A stretch of DNA of 15,429 bases from the IMG/VR virus record IMGVR_UViG_2540341028_000012. One strand, 5' to 3'. A program made the translations under genes and the position numbers. Each line of letters starts with the position of its first letter. Position 1 is the stretch's first letter. This DNA comes from a virus (Duplodnaviria > Heunggongvirae > Uroviricota > Caudoviricetes). Under the pieces are notes generated by a model. It was given only the letters and a program-made list of their open reading frames with translations, searched no databases and was not told the origin of the DNA. Below, one piece after another: positions 9,909 through 15,429 of the stretch.

Positions 9909-10549
9909 TTGTCGGTATACCTCTCTCGTTTACTCAGTTGTTCAGGAATATGGTGCAGCAGCTCACCGTCGCCGCAGTAAATGGCGGCATGATTCGGCAC
10001 CGATGAACCAAAACAGCACAGCAGCACATCGCCCGGTTGTGCTGATGACAACGGCACCTGATACAGCCCTGTGGCCTCCAGATTATCCAGATAGAGATTC
10101 TGACCGTGACGCCACCAGTCATCCCCGCGATGAAAATCCGGCATCTCAATCCCCGCCAGATGATAAGCATCCCGGAACAGCGTGTAACAGTCCGTCACCC
10201 CGTGCTCAAAGCGCCGCCCGGTGAGATGCGGCACACAGCGGAACTTGTGAATCGCCCCCCGGCAGACCAGCCACCACGGCAAATCACTCTGCACCTGCAG
10301 CCGCCGGTCAGCCTCACTCAGCCAGGGCAGACCACCGGGATGACTGTGGACCAGTGCCACAATCTCCCCCTGCATCTCTGCCCGCAGCCAGTCTTCCGGT
10401 GCGATACGAAAATACGCCTCCGGCTCTGCAGAAATATTCACACAAGGGATATACCGCTCCCCCTCCGGCGTTCTCACCACGAAGCCACACGACTCCGCTG
10501 GCGCACATCGCCGGGCGTGCGCCAGAATCGCTGATTCTGTCTGTGTCAT
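9806..10549 (-). CDS. K: Lambda-like tail assembly protein K (JAMM/MPN plus NlpC/P60-type domains)
   Basis: Internal start MTQTESAILAHARRCAPAESCGF... within track ORF 9806-10813, 4 nt after L stop; JAMM motif HSHPGGLPWLSEAD (HxHx7Sx2D); Cys (GVTDCYTLF) and His (NHAAIY) of an NlpC/P60-like fold. Confidence 0.85.
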   Translation of the reverse strand: MTQTESAILAHARRCAPAESCGFVVRTPEGERYIPCVNISAEPEAYFRIAPEDWLRAEMQGEIVALVHSHPGGLPWLSEADRRLQVQSDLPWWLVCRGAIHKFRCVPHLTGRRFEHGVTDCYTLFRDAYHLAGIEMPDFHRGDDWWRHGQNLYLDNLEATGLYQVPLSSAQPGDVLLCCFGSSVPNHAAIYCGDGELLHHIPEQLSKRERYTDKWQRRTHSLWRHREWHASAFTGICNDLAAASTFV

Positions 10550-10553
10550 GGAT

Positions 10554-11253
10554 TTACTGAGAAAGTTTATTGATGGAAAGGAAACCGCCGAAATTACCGG
10601 TATTGTTGCGCAACTCACACCCGCGCATACACTTGCTGCATTTGTCCTTCCGGATATCCGTCGTTGGTTTGTCGAACTCGTCAGCCACTGCCCTGCCCGT
10701 GTAACCACACTCATCAGAACGGTAGGTCCACATACAGGTATTCGCCAGCATGATACGCCCCGGGAAAACCGCGCCATCCGTCTCCGTTGGTGTGGCCAGC
10801 ACAAAAGAGGCACTGACCGCGCTCAGTTCGCTGCACTGCTCGATGCGCCAGCGGCTGATCACCTCCTGCTCCGGATCGGCGTCACTGTTTCCGTTGACGA
10901 AGTTCACCGCATCCAGAAAACGGGCGTAAACCTTACGCCGGACCACCGTTCCGCCGACCAGACTCTGCAGATCTTCCGCCATCCCGGCGACCATACCGTA
11001 CAGGTTAGAAACCGTCAGCGTGGGGCGCGTACTGGTGCCTTTGCCATTCAGTTCAAAACCACTCCCCCTGAATGGGATACGGCTGATACTGTCGCCCCTG
11101 CCAGGTGACCGGCTCACCTTTTTCGTTCTGCTCATTACAGAAAAAATAACGTTCTCCACCGACCTCTGTCAGGTCGATTTCCCAGAGCACCACGCTGGCC
11201 GACTGCTCCGCACGGGTGCATTCATTCAGTGTTTCCTGCCGGATATCCTGCAT
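10554..11253 (-). pseudogene. L: Lambda-like minor tail protein L, frameshifted
   Basis: N-terminal 66 aa (11053-11253, MQDIRQETLNECTRAEQSASVVLWEIDL...) and C-terminal part (from 10554) are in different frames; junction at a C5/G5 run (11064-11068) where lambda L reads QGSGFELNGKG. Confidence 0.75.
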
Positions 11254-11582
11254 CAGTTCACCACCTGTTCAAAATCGGCCGTTACAGTCACCCATAACGC
11301 CCCCACGCTTGCCGACCATTTACGACAAGCCACCCTGATCGGTTTCCAGTCATAAGGTGGCGTCCACTGAAATGCGCGGACGCCACCGTGCCGTTCCAGA
11401 AAGGCTTTTAAAGGTGGGTGTTCACCTTTACGAACACGTATCGTCACGCTGTAAGTCGACAGCAGATTATTCAGTCCCGCCGGGCGACGCTGTTCATAAC
11501 CATCACCCAGCTTCACTGCCACCACTTTTGGCTCTGATACCACATTCATATCCGGGCGCACCTTCCAGCGAAACGTCTCCAT
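11253..11582 (-). CDS. M: Lambda-like minor tail protein M
   Basis: ORF track 109 aa METFRWKVRPDMNVV..., same length as lambda gpM; start overlaps H stop (TAATG), stop overlaps L start. Confidence 0.8.
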   Translation of the reverse strand: METFRWKVRPDMNVVSEPKVVAVKLGDGYEQRRPAGLNNLLSTYSVTIRVRKGEHPPLKAFLERHGGVRAFQWTPPYDWKPIRVACRKWSASVGALWVTVTADFEQVVN

Positions 11583-14500
11583 TACCGGTATGCTCCACTT
11601 AACCGGCCACCATCACGGGCCTGCTGTTGCATAAAGTCCGCGGCCGCTTTTTTCCCGAGGTCATAAACCACCTTCAGTGCTGCCGGACCTATCTGCCCGT
11701 TCGTGCCGTCGTTATTGATCCCGATGTTGTACTGCGGGGCAAACATCACCATGCCTGAACCACCAGTATCCGCCACAACCCCCAGCTTACCATCAGCACC
11801 GCGACGCAGTGGCAGAATGGCTTCAGGTCCCGCTTCCCCCATCACACCCGCGCCTTTTGCAAAAGCAAAAAACGTCGGACGGTTAACCACCGTGCCACTG
11901 TAGCGACTCAAATCAGCAGACTGGTAAACACCGCCATCAGCATTAGTCGTGAAGCCGAATAAAGAGCCGACGCCCTTTACCGCCTGCATCATGGCCATCT
12001 GTGCCATAATTCTGGCCATATCTGACAACAGGGAAGAGGTGAAGGATTTAAAATTCAGCTTACCGGTGGTACAGAATGTCGCCAGTGCATTACCGGCACT
12101 GCTGAATGCCACTGTAAACATCTGTTCTGCCGTTCCCACCGCATTATCCGCATCCGCCGTAAAATTCTGAAACGCCCGCATGGCACCGTTTTTCCAGTCG
12201 CCCTGCGCCACTTCCAGTTCCTGCCAGTAGCGTTTGTTTTCATTCAGTTGTCGCTTCAGGCTCCCCTTCAGCACCTCCTCAGCCCTCCGGTAGTCCTCCG
12301 TCCCGTAAGTGCCTTTCTGGCGACTGTCATTCTCAAGCTGTTGCAACTGTTGCCGGTATTCCTGCCGGATGCGCAACTGTGCCTGGTAGCGCTGCCGCTG
12401 CTTATCCCCCATACCTGCAGTGGCAATATCCAGATTGTGCTGCTCACGCAGTGCACGTTCTTTGTCTGCCAGCTGGCTGGTCAGCTGAACCGTTTTTTTT
12501 CTCAGGTCGTTAAGCGCTGTCTGTTTCTGCAGCTCCTGCTGTTTCACATCCAGCAGCGTCAGCGCCTGAATCAGCTCATTCTTACGGGCCAGCACACTCT
12601 TTTCATCTGCCGTCAGCTTTTTCCCGTCCAGGTCGCTGATGCGCTGCTGCAGGGCCAGAAGCTGTTTATGCGCTTCAGTCATCCTTTCAGTGGCAATGCC
12701 TGCTGACTGTCTGGCAGCAGCAATCTGCCCTTCCACCTGTGCCTGCTGCTGACTGTACTGCAGCAATAACCGGGTGGCCTCATCATTACGGGTTGCCCGT
12801 GTATTTTTCTTAATGGCTTTTTCGTAACGTTCATTTTCACGCTGTATCGCCGCATCCCTGACAGCCTGGTCGGCGTACTGCATGGCATTAATACGCGCAA
12901 TTTCCCGCTGATGTCGTGCAGCTTCCGTTTCATTCATCCGGTTCAGCGCGGCATTTTCAGCATTCCGGCGTTTCTGTTGCTCCTGGTAATTCCGTTCTGC
13001 CTGCGCTTTTGCATCCTGCAAATCCTTCCGGCGTTTTTTCTCCTGAAGATCGTTAAGACGCTGCTGATCGTACTCCACCTGTGTGGAGGCGTTTGTCCAC
13101 GGATATTTTTTCGCGCGCTGAATTTTTTCCTGTAACGCATCAATCTGCGCATCCAGCGAGTCTTCACGACCAATATTCATGGCCGCATCCCAGAACTGCT
13201 TCCACCAGTCAGACAAGGTTTGCAGCGTACTACCCAGCGCATTGAGATTATTATCAATATCAGATGTGCGTTTACCGGTTTCCTCTGCCAGCGCAGACAT
13301 GGCGATCCGGGCCGCATCACTGGACCGCCCCTGCTCCCCAAGGACGCGTATCTGCTCAAGCTGAGTGGCAGTCAAAAAATGCAGCGCATTGTCCAGCGCC
13401 TTCGCGGCATTTACAGGATCATCCTTCAGCCGCTTAAACTGATTTATGGTATCGCTGACCGACTGGCCAACCGATCGCTCCATCTGTGCGGCAGCTTTCG
13501 CCACCATACCAATATCGTTTCCATGAAATGCCCCACTGCCCACCACCTGTGCCAGCGCACCGGCTGCCGCATGTTGCGTGATACCATTCCCGGATATGGC
13601 CCGGCTGAGTTTCCACAACTGCCCGACAGTGACACCGGCATAATGTCCCGTCAGCGCCAGCTGACGGTTAAATTCCTCGCCCTCCTTCCGGCCGTCATGC
13701 CAGGCTTTACCCAGACCCAGGACCGCCGCGACAAGTCCGCCAATAACGCCGCCAGTCATCATGCCTTTCGGCGACATCAGTGCGCCTGTCCATCCGGCAC
13801 GGTTAGCCAGCGTTATCCCGGATCCCCTCAGCGCACCAAAATTGCCGCGCGCCATCTGACTGATTAACACCCCCAGCTCCCGCCGGGCTGCCGCACTTTT
13901 CAGCCCCAGCGAATGTGTGGCTTTTCCTGCCCGCTCCATTTTGCGGATATACACTTCTGCAGCACTGCTTACCCCCAGCTGAGCCGCCCTGGCGCGAAGC
14001 AACTCAGAAGACGACAGATTCTGGCGGGTTGCCTGCTCTTTAAGCTGGCGGATAAACGCCGCTTTCTGCCGGGTGGCCTGTTCCTCTGCCTGCGTCAGGG
14101 CACGGGTTTTCGCCGTGATCTCCGAAATCAGCGCCAGATAATCCTGCTGACCAACCCCGCCACTGTTTCTGGCCTGTCGGATCTGCTGCTGAATACGCTG
14201 TAATTCCTGAAGCCCCGCACCGGCCTGTTTCACACTGTCAATCTGGCGATAAAAGGCGGCAGCCGCTTTATCCTGCGCCTCCGCCAGTGCCCTGGCCTGC
14301 GCCTGTTCCTCGCGCATTTTCTGATTCAGGGCATCCACGCGCAGACGGGTTTGTTCCACCTCACGGGCCATGCGTTCATGAGCCCGTGCATTCTTCTCCA
14401 CCGTCTGCGCATGGGCTGATGCTGCTGTTGCAGCCGAAGAAGCCGCATGCATTGTCTGCCGGGCCGCCTGAGTCTGACGCTCCATAAAACGCTGCATACG

Positions 14501-14623
14501 GGCAGAAGACCGTTCTGCATCACCGGCTGCACCATTCAGAAGGTTTTTGATACGGGGAATTTCATTTTTAAACTCTGCCGCATCAATCCCCAAATCAATG
14601 ACCAGGTTGGCTATCTGGTCCAT
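11582..14623 (-). CDS. H: Lambda-like tail tape measure protein H (1013 aa)
   Basis: Track ORF 11582-14653; probable start at second Met (MDQIANLVIDLGIDAAEF...) preceded by GGAGG 8 nt upstream; coiled-coil Q/R/E/A-rich middle; C-terminus ...NDGTNGQIGPAALKVVYDLGKKAA... resembles lambda gpH end. Confidence 0.9.
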   Translation of the reverse strand: MDQIANLVIDLGIDAAEFKNEIPRIKNLLNGAAGDAERSSARMQRFMERQTQAARQTMHAASSAATAASAHAQTVEKNARAHERMAREVEQTRLRVDALNQKMREEQAQARALAEAQDKAAAAFYRQIDSVKQAGAGLQELQRIQQQIRQARNSGGVGQQDYLALISEITAKTRALTQAEEQATRQKAAFIRQLKEQATRQNLSSSELLRARAAQLGVSSAAEVYIRKMERAGKATHSLGLKSAAARRELGVLISQMARGNFGALRGSGITLANRAGWTGALMSPKGMMTGGVIGGLVAAVLGLGKAWHDGRKEGEEFNRQLALTGHYAGVTVGQLWKLSRAISGNGITQHAAAGALAQVVGSGAFHGNDIGMVAKAAAQMERSVGQSVSDTINQFKRLKDDPVNAAKALDNALHFLTATQLEQIRVLGEQGRSSDAARIAMSALAEETGKRTSDIDNNLNALGSTLQTLSDWWKQFWDAAMNIGREDSLDAQIDALQEKIQRAKKYPWTNASTQVEYDQQRLNDLQEKKRRKDLQDAKAQAERNYQEQQKRRNAENAALNRMNETEAARHQREIARINAMQYADQAVRDAAIQRENERYEKAIKKNTRATRNDEATRLLLQYSQQQAQVEGQIAAARQSAGIATERMTEAHKQLLALQQRISDLDGKKLTADEKSVLARKNELIQALTLLDVKQQELQKQTALNDLRKKTVQLTSQLADKERALREQHNLDIATAGMGDKQRQRYQAQLRIRQEYRQQLQQLENDSRQKGTYGTEDYRRAEEVLKGSLKRQLNENKRYWQELEVAQGDWKNGAMRAFQNFTADADNAVGTAEQMFTVAFSSAGNALATFCTTGKLNFKSFTSSLLSDMARIMAQMAMMQAVKGVGSLFGFTTNADGGVYQSADLSRYSGTVVNRPTFFAFAKGAGVMGEAGPEAILPLRRGADGKLGVVADTGGSGMVMFAPQYNIGINNDGTNGQIGPAALKVVYDLGKKAAADFMQQQARDGGRLSGAYR

Positions 14624-14950
14624 AACGCACACCTCCGGAAATACCTTCCCCAAGATGCATCAGTTCTTCGTCCGTTCGCTCCGGTATCCCGTTCTCTTCC
14701 GGTAAAAGGCTGAAATCAGCCACCGCAGCATCACTGCTGCCGGACACCATTCTCACGATCAATGCCTTCAGCGAGGCAAACTGCGCATCCATCCACACAT
14801 CACTGAAGCTCTGCATCCGGAAATAATCGCCCCCTCACCAAGCTCAGTGGCCGACATTTCCGACAGCATCCGCCGCCAGTCTGCCCGCCGGAACTCCCGG
14901 GCAAGCCGCATGACAAACTGCATTTCCCGCGTCAGGACTTTTCCGGCGTC
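14595..14950 (-). pseudogene. T: Tail assembly chaperone T region (G-T frameshift product), apparently disrupted by a 1-nt indel
   Basis: -1 frame relative to G is open from the G 3' end to a stop at 14768; a different frame (track ORF 14595-14816) is open from 14834 to 14595 and overlaps H start; the two would join with one extra G/C in the C5 run at 14830-14834. Confidence 0.35.
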
Positions 14951-15168
14951 AGCGCCTCATGATCATCATCCCCGGCATTCTCAATGGTCCCCATACCGCT
15001 CAGCGACAGAACCCTCTCCGCCCCCGCGCCCAGCGCATCATACGACCATGTTGTCATAATGGATGCGCAAAGCGTCTCAACATCCTGAGACTGCTCAGCA
15101 TTCCACAGTGAGCGGGAAACCAGCCAGGCATTGATATCCATTCCCATACGCAGAAAAGCAATCTGTCG
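14932..15168 (-). pseudogene. G: Tail assembly chaperone G, 5'-truncated by IS629-like insertion
   Basis: Frame open from IS junction (15168) to stop at 14932; track ORF 14932-15147; ...AWLVSRSLWNAEQ... aligns by eye with C-terminal half of lambda gpG; N-terminal roughly 60 codons absent. Confidence 0.55.
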
Positions 15169-15429
15169 TGAACCGCCCCGGGAATCCTGGAGACTAAACT
15201 CCCTGAGAAAGAGGTAAACAGGATGACTAAAAATACTCGTTTTTCCCCCGAAGTCCGTCAGAGGGCGATTCGTATGGTTCTGGAAAGTCAGGGCGAATAT
15301 GACTCACAATGGGCGACAATTTGTTCCATTGCTCCAAAGATTGGCTGTACGCCGGAGACTCTGCGTGTCTGGGTTCGCCAGCATGAGCGGGATACCGGGG
15401 GCGGTGATGAAGGGCTCACCCCCCGTTGA
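15169..15429 (+). mobile_element. IS629/IS1203-like insertion sequence (IS3 family), left end only; continues beyond window
   Basis: Terminal sequence TGAACCGCCCCGGGAATCCTGGAGACTAAACTCCCTGAGAAAGAGGTAAACAGG followed by orfA start; matches my recollection of the IS629 left end. Confidence 0.75.
15223..15429 (+). CDS. IS629-like OrfA (partial, 3' end outside window)
   Basis: ORF track 68 aa MTKNTRFSPEVRQRAIRMVLESQGEYDSQWATICSIAPKIGCTPETLRVWVRQHERDTGGGD..., runs to window edge without a stop. Confidence 0.8.
   Translation: MTKNTRFSPEVRQRAIRMVLESQGEYDSQWATICSIAPKIGCTPETLRVWVRQHERDTGGGDEGLTPR

Noticed and set aside
10106-11108. + strand ORFs of 142 and 186 aa
   Set aside because: Antisense to K and L; judged to be frame artefacts.
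12248-13867. Several + strand ORFs (152 aa, 215 aa and smaller)
   Set aside because: All lie antisense within the tape measure gene H; no RBS or recognisable protein features.

Overview
This window looks like an enterobacterial (E. coli / Shigella-type) chromosomal segment: a decayed lambda-like prophage tail module cut up by four IS3-family insertion sequences. I do not see convincing evidence of a novel defence or other undescribed system; the most interesting material is the IS-driven mosaic and two unassigned small ORFs. All homology calls are from reading the six-frame translations against remembered sequences, not from a search. Layout, left to right: (1) 1-352, an intrinsic terminator and a small WGR-domain ORF whose 3' end runs into an IS; (2) 353-1615, IS600-like copy 1; (3) 1616-2197, an orphan internal gene fragment; (4) 2198-3445, an IS911-like element with a frameshifted orfB; (5) 3446-3742, a phage-type tRNA cluster on the minus strand (Gly-UCC truncated by IS911, Thr-UGU, Arg-UCU, Ile/Met-CAU) with a candidate promoter and an upstream terminator; (6) 3933-4488, two overlapping small ORFs of unknown function; (7) 4501-5764, IS600-like copy 2, in direct orientation with copy 1 and about 99.6% identical; (8) 5765-15168, lambda-like tail genes on the minus strand in the order G'-T'-H-M-L'-K-I-J, with G cut at its 5' end by IS629, T and L frameshifted, and J clipped at its 3' end by IS600; (9) 15169-15429, the left end of an IS629-like element with a partial orfA. 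None of the three complete IS copies has a target-site duplication, and four frame disruptions sit in homopolymer runs, so either the region is a genuinely decayed, IS-rearranged prophage remnant or the assembly carries homopolymer errors.
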